Part shown: positions 27,351 to 41,623 of the stretch, in pieces
Layout of the letters: every line of letters starts with the position of its first letter
Numbering within the stretch: the first letter of the stretch is position 1
NCBI GenBank assembly: GCA_011109175.1
Contig: RDEW01000009.1
Span: 1,444,950 to 1,508,949, forward strand
Reading direction: 5' to 3'
DNA length: 64,000 nucleotides
Source of the DNA: Dicyema japonicum
Lineage: Eukaryota; Animalia; Dicyemida
The notes under the pieces: model-generated
Seen by the model: the letters and a program-made list of their open reading frames with translations, nothing else
What the model was told of the DNA's origin: nothing
Database searches by the model: none
Translations under genes and position numbers: made by a program

Positions 27351-27466
27351 TTAATTTTAGTTAGCAATAAGGAATTACGGTTTATTAAAAATAAAAATTT
27401 ACGGTTTATTATAAATATCAATTAATATTTGAAAAAAAATTAAATATTTGAATAATAAGCGGCATT

Positions 27467-30400
27467 ATGTGTCGATCACACGTTGTACTTATCTTTTTCC
27501 TATTTCTGAGGAAATATCTCGCAGAAGATTTCAGGCTGAATGTCCCTCACGTTATTGCTTCCTTTATCACCTACGACATTCTCAACTTTTGACATATTTG
27601 TTGTAAATCCACAGGGACGCTGTTATAACTGGTGCTCCCTCACTTTTCATTCTCAGGTCACTTTCAAAACAGAACGTCGTCAAAATGGAGATCACAGATT
27701 CTCCAGATTGTCCCCATTCCGTTAGAATCACGACGTACTTTCAATCCGACACGTCTGTGAGCACATTGGTCATCGCACGTGAGATTGGTGAGTACTTATA
27801 ACTTAAATTTAGGTACTGCCTCCAGTTTAACATGCTACGTGACGATATCTCAGATTCACACAATTTCCATTGTTTCCACCACAAAGGAACTTGAGGTCTT
27901 TGGTTTACCGGAGATATTCGAGGTCCAGGCCTTCGACATAAGTGGTTTGTTCCTTTTTATATTCAGGGAACATTTTCTCAAGTCTTGCCGGATTGGAGTT
28001 CCTTTGGCGATTCAATCCCCCCAACATTCTAAAGTTTGGCGGCTTTTTATGGTAGTTTCGTTAAACAAGACAAATCTCCAGAAGAACTGGGCGGAAAGAA
28101 TGAGTACACAGTCCTCATTCGCGGGAGAGAGGCGGGGGTCTCAGAAGTATCCGCGAAGCTGGTAAATCCGTTATACCGGGTAATTCATTTCTGTGATTAG
28201 AAGGAAGTTAATGAAGGTAAAACTCAGGTAATCGTCCTCAATCGTCTTATGGTTTATCCAGGCGGGGACCTTTACGTCATTAAAGACTCCGAGGTCGAGT
28301 ATGAGGCTCACCTCGTGCAGCAGTCACAAATTAAATTGATTCAATTTCCTTCTGCTAGATACTCCTTCGTGGTCGTCTCAGCTGACCCCCCAAATGCCTG
28401 CCAATTTATATCCAACTCGTCTACTGTGTTGGCTCAGGAACTTGGCAGTTGCAAGATCATGGTGGTGGATTCAAATCTCAAGGAATTGGGGACAACTTCC
28501 CTGAATGAACACCTTTGCACCTCAAATTTATTTATTGTTGATCCCTTCAGTCTTGGTTTTGTGTTCTATAATCCTAGAATTCTTAATTGATCAACCAAAC
28601 TGGCTTCTCGTGGTTGGGGAAGAGTATGAACTGTCCATTCTGATTCATGATAGTAAAGGAAATCACATTTACCCTACAAAAGTAGGCGGTTTTATGACTT
28701 AGAATGTTTTAATTGACGTTTATTTTTCTCCAAATTACTTCCAAGTTCTTAATTCAAGCAAAAATGGAATGAATTGGCGTATCAAGCCGGTTTCAATCGG
28801 AAATGTACGATTAGAAGCTCATCTCTCCGAGATCTCGACTTCCTTGGTCTTTTGACTTGCTCACTCTAGAATTACTCCATCGCTGTTGTTCAGGATGTCA
28901 GTCTGTTTAACCGTTTGGAAGTTACCCCAAACAGAATCACATTTGGATACTATGAGAACCAATGTGACTTGAATATTCCGGTTGTAAATGGTTATTATTC
29001 CAGCTTCTCATCACAGGAGGGACTGGCTCTTTTGAGTGGTCTTCGACCTCCAAATTAGTGGTTTTTAACAGCATGAATTCTACCCTTAGTCGAGTCATCT
29101 GTCCCGGCAGTACTAAAATAACAGCTACAGATATGAGTATCACCTATAATAAGTGCTCAGTGGAAGTTTGGTAGGGTGTAATGTTTAGATAACTGTTGTT
29201 CCACTTCATGGGGTGGAATTTGATACAGGACTCAGAGAGGCATTTGTTGGGGATTTGCTTACAATTTCTGGCGGGCTTTTTGGGATAAATAATGGTTGAT
29301 TGTTAGTCATCATTTTTAGAATCCCAAATTGTGAAGTTGGACTACTCCTGTGTAACAGAAAACCATTTCTCGGTGGAAGACGGGGCTGTCTTTCAGATTG
29401 AGTCTGTTCACGGTGGAAATGGCTTTGTCATTGTACTGCGTTCTAAGAGTGAGGGGATCACCAGACTTATCGTAACTATAGGCAACGTGACCGCCTTTCT
29501 AAAGGTAGCTACATATCGACGTCTGAAAGTTTATTTTCGTGATTTTATGAGATTTTTGGAAAACCAAACCTACTTTTGGCCCCACATTCTGAAATGAATT
29601 TATTTTTGACTGGGGGACCTATAAATTGGTCAGAACTCACTGGATCCTTCAATTCTCATACAAATTCTACTGGGAGACTGCTTCAATTAAACAGTATAGT
29701 CATTTTTTACTTTAGATATTGACAGATCAACTTGGTCTTTAGAATTGGGATGTAATCATGCGGGAAAAAAAGTTTTTTGGCTTGTGAGTATTATAGACCG
29801 TCCGAGTATTTCTCTCCAATTTACCCTCCTCAGAGATTCCTTTTCCACTGAACGACTCTCTTACTGTTACCTACGATTGCGAGGATCCTACTCACTTGAA
29901 TGTGTTTACGGATGATCCTGTGCCTATGAAATGCAGGGACAGACACTCTGTAGTTTTTATGTTTATATCAGATTTATGTACTAGCAGACAGCTCTACTGT
30001 CATGCGGATTGTGGCAACTAACCTGAAGGGGCAGGTTTTTGACAGCTTCTCACTAAGCTCAGTCAGATATCAGCTCCAAGATAATACTACAGCAACTGTG
30101 TCTCCACTTGATGACAGTTTGCCGCCTTTTTATTCTTTAGGACGCTTTTTGTTTTCTTCAACCTCCCCCGGGGATGTGAGAATACGAGTGGAGTGTATAA
30201 TATCAGTTAGATTTTTGCTGAGATCTAGAATCTGAAACTAGTGTTAACGTTAAAGTGGTCGAGCCGTTCAGGTTGGGGTACTCAGAACTTTTCTTTGACA
30301 TGAGTCTCGCGAAAAAAGTTCAGTTTATTATTTACTGTAGACTGTGATCCCTTATATTGGTGGCTCTGGTGTGTATGATGTTAATAATGGCAATAAATCC

Positions 30401-33400
30401 GTACTTTCCGTGACTTTTCACAACGGAAGTTTCACTGTTATTTCTGCCTTTTATTTATAGTTGAATCTCATGGAGAATGGCATGAGTGTTGTACGATTTT
30501 ACGATGAGTGTCTAAATACTACAGATTTCCTGAAAGTGCATGTTGGCCACGTGGGGAAAATTTTCCTTAAAGGAGACACTCATGTTTGCTGATTAATGAT
30601 ATTTAGGTTGAGATTGACATGATTATTTATGTAACGATTAAGTTGTACAACAAACATGGAAAGCGTATCAACTTTCAAATGTTTAGCGGGTTAAAAGAGA
30701 GAATTAAGGCTATTGTCAGTTCTGAGCGGTCAATCAAAGTGGAAGAGTTTGCAGTTATTTTTTAATGTAGTGTGTCTGTGAAGGATGGTGTAATCACAGT
30801 TGGGGTTATGGGAGTTCAATTGGGCCAGTCCAGTCTGTACTTTGTAATCGACAACCTCGCCAGCAACAGTGTTGTAATTAACGTGTATCCTCCCTTGAAA
30901 GTCGACCCTCGCAATATAACGATGCTTGTTGGGTCGTATTTTCAGGTAATCGTTTCCTCAGAATGTCAGTTGGTAGTTAAGGGCGGTCCCCTTAATAGCG
31001 GGGAATTCAGTTTTTTCTCAGCTGATACTTCAGTCGTCTCAATAAAGCCGAATGGGCTACTCACTGCTCACAGGAAGGGATTTGTCTTCGTTTCCGTGCA
31101 ATGGACAGATGAGTTATCGTCTCTGATTAGGCCAGAGGTATTGAAGGGACTGATTTGTAGCAAAAAGTGATCGTAAATGTGATCGAACTGTCCTGTGTTG
31201 GTGTTCATGCGTCTTCCCTGGTTGTTCACGTGGGTAGTCGGATGAGACTGTCTATGATTGGCTGTAGTGAGGACATCAATCCTTTGATATTCGGTTCCAC
31301 AGTGAGTCCTCTCACGTTTGCTTGGACAGTGAATGAGAGACCTCTGATCGATTGTCGTCCTCTTTATCGGTGTTACAGACTATTTTCGGTGGAGTTCACA
31401 CCCTCTGTTGATGATTTGTACTCAATCTCTGTGAATGTGACCACAGATGTTCCGGACAGTTTCACCTCCTCGTATTTGGTCAGTAGATCAGTCATTATAA
31501 GGGTGGTATCTTGGATGACTTTAGGCTATCAAACCTTTCAATTTATCCAAACCTCCGATTTGCTGTCAGTCGTTGCTTATTTCTCCACAAAGCAGTCTTC
31601 GGTTGGTCACTTCCAGGTTAGTCGAGCGGCATTTATGTAGAAACCAAGTTAGCCTAAGGGGAATTGGATTGGGAGGAAGGAGACTATTGGATGTGACCTC
31701 GGGAGAGTGGATCACTTCTGGGGCTGAACTTGGCAGTGAATTTGTTAGCATTGAAGATTCCTCTACTGGAGAGACTATTGGTCTGGACGTTAAGGTTACT
31801 AATTTACTGAGGGTAGATTGAGAATCCCCACTATATTATGGCCAACCTAATAACAGAAGATGTCAATGTCTCAAATATAGTCGTCATGTCAACCAGAGAC
31901 CGGTTTAGATTCGATGTCACGTTTCACTCTTCCTATGGGAAAACTTTCAATGCTGTAAACTCATCTGTCTCCTACAGAATGAATAGGTTTTCTGTCCTCT
32001 GTTATTCTAAGGTATGATCTGGCTAATATTCGTACAATTGGTGACTTTGTGTTAGAGGTTGAGGCCCTAAGACCAGGATTTGTGACCATACATGTTGTAT
32101 CTATCTCTTAATTAGATAATCAACGACCGGGGACTCTCTGACTACATTTTGATCACAGTTGTGCAAAATAGCGAGAAAACAGGAGATTTTGTGCTTGGGG
32201 AGATTATTCGGCCTGCCTTTACTCCTTCACGTATTACTCTCTTAATTGTAGAATTTGTCGAGTCCAATGTATTCAAATTACTCAGTGCGGATCAAAATCT
32301 GTATTTGGCGGCAAATTTGACCAATAATGGCTACCTCAGTTATCGTGAAAGCGACGGTACCTTGTACCATGATGAGGTTGTCTCTTCTCTGATTGTAGTT
32401 TGAGGTCCACATGCCAACATTGCAACTACAGCACGACGGTCCTCAACTGGCAATGACCAATGAAGTGACTAAGATTTCGTTACTCATGACCCTGAATACT
32501 TCACGTGGTAGTCATTTATGTTTATGTTGATTTCCCTCGGAATTCTGGCTATATTGCGGGAAATGAATACATTTCTGTCAACTAGAGTTCCCTGACCATG
32601 TGTCCAGGTCAGTTAGAAGTCGATTCGCTATCAAAACGTTCTTCAATCTGCTAGACTGTAGGTTTTTTGTGATATTCAGGGAATTATCGATGTTATGTAA
32701 CTCTTGAGGGGGGTGAAGGACTGAATAAGTTCAGTGATTTTAGATTCACAATCGTTGGAACTGTGAATGGGTTTCGGGGACTCAGTCGATGTAAGGTTCA
32801 TGAAGACTCCAAACATTGTCCCCAAGAGTCTTTCAGTGGTCCCCTCTAGACCAGGCGTAATAAAAATCACAGCTAACTCTGTCATTATTGGTGATCTGAG
32901 GGTTTCTTTGTGGGTTATCAGTAGTATGAGGTGAGCAGTCCCGGAGTTTCTGTGAGTGTGGACTATCCTGATCCCTCTACCGTTATTTATACGGTGGAAT
33001 GTGAGGACAATGTTTCCTGGGGCGTCTATGAGCTTTACCTGTTTAGTGATGTCATTGAATGGACTGATACCGTCACAGTTAAAGTGACTGGGAGGAGTTT
33101 CAAGCAAATTTTGGGGGATTCTGACCTGATTAAGAGTTTTTATACTCTTTTTGTGGTCGTTTTGGGTGGCTTGTCTGGTTATTTGTTTGGTGAGTGTAGT
33201 ATGGGTGCTTTACTTTTCGTTCAAACATCAAAGGTTTTTCTGGAATGGGAGACCGACTGTGTGGAAGGACGTGATACTAGTTACCTCAATAGGTCTACTC
33301 CTTCTCAGAGAGCAATGTTGGAGAGTTCATGTTTAATTGTGAGTTATATTTAGCGTTTGGTGAAATACGGAATCGACCTCATCATTTGTGGAGTGTAAGG

Positions 33401-33409
33401 GAGGATTAG
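27467..33409 (+). CDS. NUP210: Nuclear pore membrane glycoprotein 210 (gp210)
   Basis: Signal peptide, RLNVPHVLLP, CYNW, GNIFSSLAGLEFLW, repeated Ig-like segments, VYPPLKVDPRNITMLVG, C-terminal TM, HLWSV tail; more than 25 GT-AG introns of 21-26 nt; 3' part has unresolved indels. Confidence 0.88.
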
Positions 33410-33499
33410 TTTGTGGCTTTATATTTTTAGTTTTGTTAATAAATATGGCTGGTTTTACTTATACGGACGTTAAATAATCTATGGTTGTGGCTTCGATAA

Positions 33500-34270
33500 T
33501 TAGAAGTTTTATTGTAATGATGCATATCATAAGGGTGACATTTAGAAGAGTTGTGATTGAGTCTGGGTTATGCTACCATACCTCTACCTACCTGTTTGAA
33601 GGATTCCTTTCTCTGTTTTCTTCGATTCTTAAGAGGTTTACCCGCCCAACGAGACGCTCATTGTCACGATGGCATACAAAAAGGATCTCGCTCTTTCCAA
33701 CTCCAGTGGGTTTTTTCTACAATGTTGATAGACATAATGATTGAAAAGATGCGTATCACTCTGACTGTGTAAATCGGGTTAACTTAGTTGAGTAATCTTT
33801 CTTTTGGATGACATAGAATTTTTGTAAATATAGCTTTTTGTCAAGTGGTAAACTCGTCGCAAGGTTGAGGCAGATTTCTATTGCACGCCATGTGTTCATA
33901 ACTTTATTATGAATAAAAACCCCTGTCTTGATTCTCCTCGTCACTATAGATCAAGTTCACAGCCGTTTCAAACAACTCTAAAATCCTTAGCGCTACATAT
34001 GATTTACTGATGACTTTCAAAAAGCATGCCTACCAAATCCTGACGAAAACACTCCAGAAGTTGAATATCCTCAAGTTCTTGTTGCAAAGAGCCCGTATCC
34101 ACTAGATGCTACGTAAATTATAATCAAACTATCCGCTATAGATTATGCTTCACTTAGTGGAAGTATTCACGTTGGACAAAATCTGCTCCTTACACGAAAT
34201 ACTCTATATTTTTAAAGACTCGAACGGATCATACTCTTGTCATTGAGTTTGCACCATCAAATTTTAAAAA
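33500..34270 (-). CDS. Possible unidentified multi-exon gene convergent with NUP210
   Basis: Open segments joined by a 27-nt GT-AG intron (FWSVFVRICKSYVALRILELFETAVNLIYSDEE); no homology recognised. Confidence 0.25.
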
Positions 34271-34499
34271 TCCTGATTTTAAATCTAACAGAATTCAAAT
34301 TTTATTCAAAAAATATTAGTTAGGTTCCTTGAAACTTTTCCTGCCTTTTAGTTTTAATTAATTTTTCGAAACGTGGTTTTTTGTTTGCTAGTGCAATTCT
34401 GAAATCTTTTTCATATTGCATTTCAATCAAAATTGTCTTTATCCTATCTCTATTGCCCATTTTCTCTATTTTAAGAAAATGGGTTAACAATCCAGGTAT

Positions 34500-36590
34500 C
34501 CGAATCTCTATGTTATGTCATCCAAATTAAGTCGTGTCCGACCCTTGGAGATCTCATGAGCCAATTTTCTCCACTCTCCCCGATCCGTCTCAATTTGGAG
34601 TAGCCTTGATATAGGCATTTCCGTGACGTCTTCTACAGTGGATAGCCACCCAGTCCTCGGTCGACCAGGTCTTCTCTTCCCAGTAATATTGCTCAGCATA
34701 ATGGTTCTTTCCAGGGAGTCAGAGCGGACAACATGCCCAAAGAACGCCAATCTGTGTTTTACGATTCTTCATTCTAGCGAAATGTCCGTCTCCACCCTTT
34801 TGAGTACATCGATGTTTGTTATTTTTGAAGTCCAAGGGATTCTTAGTAAACTCTTCCAGCACCACAGTTCAAAAGCATCAACTTTCCGCCTATCCGCCTT
34901 TTTCAGTATCCATGATTCTGCGCCGTATAGAAAAACCGGGAACGCGAATGCATTAACCAGTCTGCATTTCGTCCTTAAGCAAATATCAAATATCTTGATT
35001 TCCCAGCCTCCGTCACCATTCATATTAATTAGACATCCCAGAAAACAACATTATCGCATCTCTCATTTCTCATTCCCAAGTTTTAGTTCCATTATTAGCA
35101 GTCGTCATAATTTTGGTCTTCTTGATATTTAGCAATAAACCAAAGACGGGGCTCTCTTCTCTGAATCTTAGAATCAACTCGCTGAGGCCATCCTCTGTTT
35201 CAGCCAGTAAGGTTGTATCGTCAGCATAGCGCAAATTATTTATGTTCCTGCCTCTAATTTTAATCCCGTTATTTGATACAGTATCCAATTTAGTCATGAT
35301 CATTTCGACATAAATATTGAATAGGATGGGAGATAATAAGCATCCTTGTTTACTCCTCTACTAATTTTGAACCAATCGGTATCTCCATACACTGTTCTAA
35401 CAGTAGCTTCTTGATCCTTATAAAGAGATTTGATAAGCAATATCAGATGGGCATCGAATCCAAATTCTTTTAAAGCGGACCACAGCTTATCATGTATAAC
35501 GGAATCAAAAGCTTTCCGATAGTCAATGAAGCACATGTATACATTCTTTTGGGATTCATGGGCTATCTCCATAATCCACCGGACATTTGCTACATGGTCA
35601 CGTGTGCCTCGTCCCTTCCTGAATCCTGCTTGGACATCCAGTAGAATCATTTCGGCATTTGGCATTAGACGATGTTGTATTATCTTTAGAAGTATTTTGC
35701 TGACGTGGGGAATTAAGGCTATTGTACGATAGTTTGAACAGTCCTTGCTATTTTTTTCGGTATTGGATAAATATAGATCTTTTCCACTCGCGTAACCAAA
35801 TACCAGTTTCCCAAATTTTTTGACATAGACTGGTGATAGCTGTCACCGGTATAGCCTTCAACAATTCTCTTGAGATGTTGTCAATCCCTGGTGCTTTGTT
35901 CCCCGTTAATTGCTGTGTAGCCCATATGCATTCCTCCTCAAGGATTTTATGCCCCTCACCCGACGTTGCTTCATCAACATTTATGGGTGGGCACACAGTT
36001 TCTGAATACAGCCGTTCAGTATATTCTCTCCAACGATTTCGGATGTTCTGTTGGCTTAGCAATTCTACACCATCCTTGTCCTTGATTTTGACTATCATTT
36101 TCGTAAAGGGGGGTCGTAATCTTTTTAGTTGTAAATACGTATTCCTAGTGTGACCTCTCTTATAGTCATCTTCCATTTTTTACAGCGTAACCTACAGTAT
36201 TCTTCTTTATCCTTCCTGGCTGCCTTTTTGAATTCAGAGTTAAGTTTTCTTGTCTCGTCTATATTCCCAGAGACTTTAGCAGCTTTACGAGCTCAGCAAT
36301 GTTTAGGGTACTGACAGAGAGCCACTCAGAGCACTTGGCCGGCGTTTTGTATTTGACATGTTTTATTGATAATAACTGCATATCATTCCATAATTCATAA
36401 TCATCCTTCCGTTAAAATCCAGTAATCCAATATTGTGCTTAACTTCCATTGCGTATGCTGGTGGAATGTTTGAGACATCGAATTTCTTTACTCGGAAGGT
36501 ATTCCAAGTGTTACTAAATTTCGTCCTAATTTTTGCAACAAGTAGCTGATGGTCTGTTCTAAGTCTGCCCCTGGATATGTTTTGACGGCT
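34500..36590 (-). mobile_element. RTE/BovB-like LINE, 5'-truncated, degenerate
   Basis: NKAPGIDNI, QAGFRKGRGTRDHV, FIDYRKAFDSV, NNLRYADDTTL, YGAESW, FFGHVVR, GKRRPGRPR. Confidence 0.9.
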
Positions 36591-36599
36591 GTTATAGAG

Positions 36600-38960
36600 C
36601 TCTAATATTTCCAATTGAAAAATATCCATCAAATGAAAGTTTTAAGCTTTCAATACCCCGCCTCTCAGTACTAAAGAACGCTCTAATATGCCGCGACCTA
36701 AATGCCCGACACCCCGTTTGGCTAGCTTCACAGTCCTCTGACAGCCGAGGCGAGTTCATCGCAAATGGTCTTATTGATATGTTTATCCTGAATGATCCTA
36801 AATTACACACAAGAACCCCTTTAAGGAGCACTGATAGCTGCACTTCTCCTAATTTAACCTTATGTTCACCCTCTTCAGCAGAAATCACTACATGGGATGT
36901 GAACTATGGTTTTTCCAGCGACCATAATCCCATCCTTCTTACGTTAAGAGGATTTCGGAGACGCCGGACATTGCTGACCGAATTGAAAATTTTCAAGAAT
37001 TATAAAAAGGTTGACTGGTCTGATTCTCTGACTTCGTAGACCTAGAATTGGTCAAAGGACTATCATCCCATATACGTTCGATAGATGAAGCCGCAAAAAT
37101 CATCAGTGTGGCCATTCAAAAGGCTGACAACATATTTATTCCTCTCTCATCATACACGAATTTTATACCCTCAATTCCCGGATACTTACACTCATAAAAC
37201 GAAGGAATCAAATGAAAAGATGCCATCCGACGGAGTTGAAATCCATCAGACAACTAAATAAAAGTATCAACCAGAGCATAAAAGACCATCAGGAGAGAGT
37301 TGGCGTCACTTGGTAAATCGCCTAAATAAAAAGAACTCATCTTCCCACTCTAAAGCAAGTCAATATCGAGTTGGAGGACGCTCACGGAACAGGAAGGCCA
37401 TATCTAGGAAATGAATGTCAAATACACTCAAACATACTCATGAAACATTATGCTACAATCAGTTTCAAAATATTTTCAAAACAACTGGACATCAAGGTGA
37501 AATAACCGAAGAAAGAGCAATACCAGGAACTATTCTCAGAAAAAAGGGTTCTAGAAGCTATCAACAAACTGAACAGCTCACGAGCATGTAGCCCAGACAA
37601 TGTTTCTTCAATCCATCTGAAACACTTGATCAACTACGCAATCTCCTACCTAACGGAAATTTTTAACCTGTCTGGAACATTATCCCCAAAATATAGAAGA
37701 ATTCGCTCATCACTCCAATTCATAAGGCCGGAAACCAAAAGGAGATCCCAGTTCATACAGACCAATCTCACTAACCTCTAGTACATCAAAAGTGTTGTAA
37801 AAGTTGATCCTATCTGAAATTATTCCTTCCCTAACTCAACCGAATTTCCAACACGGATTCCGTTCTGAAAGATCAACCAGGACTTTCTTAGAAACGCTTT
37901 CGCAGTTCATTGCGGATGGTTTCGACACTACCCCAAGACACATGCATTTACTCGGAACCGAGGAAACATTTAATTGGAAAAATCTTTGATTCAAAAATTT
38001 GCCCAAACTTGAAGCTATGGTTGGCCAATTTTTTATCTGGAAGACGTGGGAGGGTCATCTGTGGTCACCTCAGATCACGTCACGTTTACTTCCAAACGGA
38101 GTGTCCAAGGTTCGCCTTTGTCCCCCACTCTATTCAACCTTTTCCTCCACGACCTGCTAAGAGACATTGACAAGGACTTCCTACTGCTTTCTTATGCTGA
38201 CGATATATCATTGCAACAAGAAGCAGTTCGACATCAGAAGGAGTCTCACTCGCACAGAAGAAAGTGGATTGTATCCACGATTGGTTGAAGCTAACCGTCT
38301 CTCGGTATCGGCTCCAAAATCAACATGCACTCTATTCACCTCCGACCGTCAGTCCAAAGAAGACCAGAAATCTTCATCGGACATACTCGGATACCTGTCA
38401 CAGAAACCCCTCAATCCTGAGTGTGACTTACGACAGGCTGTTTAATTTCACCTACCATGCCAAACAAGTCCTCACCAAAGGACTACAGAAATGAATGCCA
38501 CGCAGGCTCTTATCCTGAAGACCCCAATGAATATAAATGAAGCAATCGGAATTACATATCGTCAGACCACCGGCAGTTGAATATGCCTCTGCTGCGTGGA
38601 GATTCGCTTTATCAGAGGCCACTATCCAAAAACTATACTTACTGCAAAAAAAACAATACGTATGCTGAGACCACAATATGAAACAAAAATACGTCCCTGT
38701 GACAGAATCACAACTCGTAGATGTCGTTCCGGATTTCTCCGTATTTGCGAGAAAAATAGACACCCAGTAAGCCTCTCACTGTTTCAAGCAAAAGAAAATC
38801 GGTTGGCTAAGAAATTTCCGTCCCCAATCGGCTTCCTCTGCAAGGATCAAAGAAGGCATTTCCGTTCGACAGTTGGAACAATGGAGACGCACAGGCTTAG
38901 AATGGCACGTTTGGTTGCAGGAACTGGGATCACCTAACTAGTTGACATTTTTTTTTGTTT
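36600..38960 (+). mobile_element. jockey/I-like APE-RT LINE, degenerate
   Basis: FSSDHNPILL (APE), YRPISLTSS, QHGFRSERST, LSYADDI, ends AGTGIT* plus T-rich/GGGGTT tail. Confidence 0.8.
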
Positions 38961-38979
38961 TTTCTCGGTGATTCCGGGG

Positions 38980-40100
38980 TTAGTAAATAAGCCTTCAAGA
39001 TGATTGTTGATTTCTATTTTAATAATTTTATCAAAAGTCAAGTTGGATTCAATAGCCATCCAGTGTTGGAAAATTGGCAAAATTATTGTTTTGAATACGT
39101 CGACTCCACAACAACAGTTTATTCCCGAAGGCACGTAGATTGTTAGAAGCATTAATAATTCTCATCCTTTTCCCTTGAAAGACTCAACTGGTTAAGATGA
39201 TTGAAAATGTCAGCCAAATATGCCAACAAAATTACAAAATTTGGAGATTTACTTTGAAATCCCCAAGTGAACGTCAATAACAACATTCAAAATGCTGCTT
39301 CTTGTAAAGACAATCGGTTCCCTTAAACAGCTTAGAGTGATCGAACGCTATCTTAAAGCTCATTTCTCAGTTGCTTCTGTTTTGCGACCACGTTAATATC
39401 CGAAATTTGCCAGTTTTCTGTGAAATATCGAAATTTTAGGGCACCGTCTAATAAATATCCAAAATACTTGCTTTTCTCGTGTGTTGCTGACACGCTTCGA
39501 ACGCTACGCTCTTTCTAGTTTCTTCAAAACATTTACGTCAAACTTTGTTCCTGGGAACCTTAACCTTCGGTAGGATATCCAAAGGTAGGGAGTAAACATC
39601 ACCCTGTCAAATTCTATTTTCTATTTTATATCCCCCTTTACTTTGAAGAGCAAATATACATTTTTTTATCTCACGGATTTCGTAGACAAGACCTTACAAT
39701 CCAGTTAACCCACACTTTTTCAACTTCGCTCAAAGTGTGTCCCTTTCTGAAGTCTTGTGCCTGATATTGCTGTAGAGTCTTTTCTCTTGAGTATACTCGA
39801 TGTCCTCAATAGGTTGATGACACCTTAGCTCACATAATAAATATGATTGAAGATTCTGTAATCCTTATATATCAAGCTCTTTAAGGATAATGGCCAGCTT
39901 TTTATATTTCAGCTGAAAAACTCACGGTTGTTTGAAAGTTACCATCGTTTTATTTGAAGAATCGATCTGTCATAGGAAGTTTGCGTATTTGATTGCACCA
40001 CCATTGACATCGAGAGCTGTGTGATGACTCCAGAGAACCATCTGCTAATTAGGCTTCTTTAACATCTGTCGTAAAAGACTCTGTTCATTATAAATTCAGA
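38980..40100 (-). mobile_element. Highly decayed LINE RT remnant
   Basis: Scattered RT-like words (DFRKG..TL*AKL); no intact ORF. Confidence 0.3.
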
Positions 40101-40289
40101 ACACTTTTTCCATTCCCAAGCCCAACACCAAAATAACGTAGAATATTAACATTGTTAATCTTATTCCCATAACAGCCAGATTCTTGAGGCATTTGACTTG
40201 TAAACTGGGATTTTCATTATTCTTAAGTTGTAAAAAGGAAATTGATGGGTCACAGTTGAGCGACTTTTCAGATAACACCGGTCCTGCCT

Positions 40290-40610
40290 TGGGGGGACCA
40301 GACTCGTTCAAATCCAATTGGATGACATGTCTACAGTGCTTTCGTATCGGAAATGAGAACGGATTACAAAGAATCGAGCAAACAATTTAGGAATCGTCAC
40401 CGGGAGTTCCTCAAGATGGGAAAAATCCCCTGACCATCCCCTCGGGCCGCACATCAAACTATATATGGACGCCTGCCCAAGATATGAGAAGAAACCTTCC
40501 CCGCTTAGGAGATTAATCCAGGACTCAAAAACTAACGACAGGAAAAGGACTGGTATGGACACCAGGGTCACTTAATTAGACGATAACTTTTATTTTGGGG
40601 TTAATAAAAT
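40290..40610 (+). mobile_element. LINE 3' fragment
   Basis: Homologous to 21680-22090; ends GGGTCACTTAATTAG plus TTGGGGTTAATAAA. Confidence 0.55.
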
Positions 40611-41620
40611 CAATAAAAATATCTAACCACGTGATTCAAACTCGTTTGAGTAGTCGAATTAATACCGTGATGATAGCAGATCCCACGGTGTTGGGGATTC
40701 CAGAGGAATTGGTTATTGGTAATTTTTTCCAATCCACTGCTCTGTAGCCATTCTTTCAGTAGATTCATGGCTTCATAAATTCATGTCTTGTACACTGATT
40801 CTAGGATAGAATGGTTTCCTATCCTCCATAGCCCTTAGATGCATTTCAGTGCACTGATCATCTTTCGCCAGAGCGCTTTTAATAAAAAAACGTGTGCATG
40901 CCGTGTGTTACCACGGGATTTTTTGAGATTTTATGTGAGGGATATTTGTATTGATTATTTTCAAATTTTTATATCCAAAGCAGACAATTCCTTTCCGATT
41001 TTGAGTATTCCCGAAATTTCCGTGAGGAAGATCTTCTGAGCATTCCTGACTCCGAGTTAAATGCCTTGTGAATGTCAATCGAACAAAGGATACTTTTCAT
41101 ATTTTTGGGCTTGTACGAGAAGCCAGAGTGGATAATGTCTATTAAAAAGGCAACGTGAATAGATGTTGGCTTCTATTCTGAATCCACGTGGAAAAACATA
41201 TGCCCAAGTTACACAAGCTTGGAGTACAGTTTGAGTTAGTTGATTGGTTGAAATCTCTGTCAGAGTTGCAACTCCATATTCCTCCAGATTTATAGAAGGA
41301 TCCTTGCAGTTCCATGGGATTAGCTGCTCTTGTATGACTCAGCGCATCCCTCACGTCGTTTTCAATAAAATGATTATAATATTATTAAAGTCATTTTGAC
41401 TACTTCTCATGTGCCCTTTCGTCAGCTCTTGAAATCTGTTGAATAGCTTTCTAAACTTCTGTAGTAATTCAATTCCGGTTCAAGGTTAAAGGGTTCTTGG
41501 GACTAATAAATAAAATATGTCTTGTCAGAGTAAACAAAGAAAGTTTAAAAAAATAAAGGAATAGAACTAAATCCAGAGGATTCATCTTCTCTGTAGTTGT
41601 TTTAAGAAGAGATCCATTTA
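40590..41620 (-). mobile_element. Decayed jockey/I-like LINE
   Basis: HQSGFS, SILCSIDIHKAFNS; 3' motif GAATCACGTGGTTAG at 40623-40637. Confidence 0.5.
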
Positions 41621-41623
41621 AGC

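Noticed and set aside
32508-32529. Second possible GT-TG 22-nt intron in NUP210
   Set aside because: Equally explained by one extra T with no intron, which preserves a conserved Cys; undecidable from this sequence.
32528-32566. Two in-frame TGA codons in NUP210 suggesting readthrough or a variant code
   Set aside because: A neighbouring frame gives a better gp210-like text (NEYIFCQLEF) with single-base indels; TGG encodes Trp normally elsewhere.
34623-35132. 169-aa plus-strand ORF and similar antisense ORFs over LINEs, thiolase and DNPEP
   Set aside because: Shadow frames of genuine minus-strand coding sequence.
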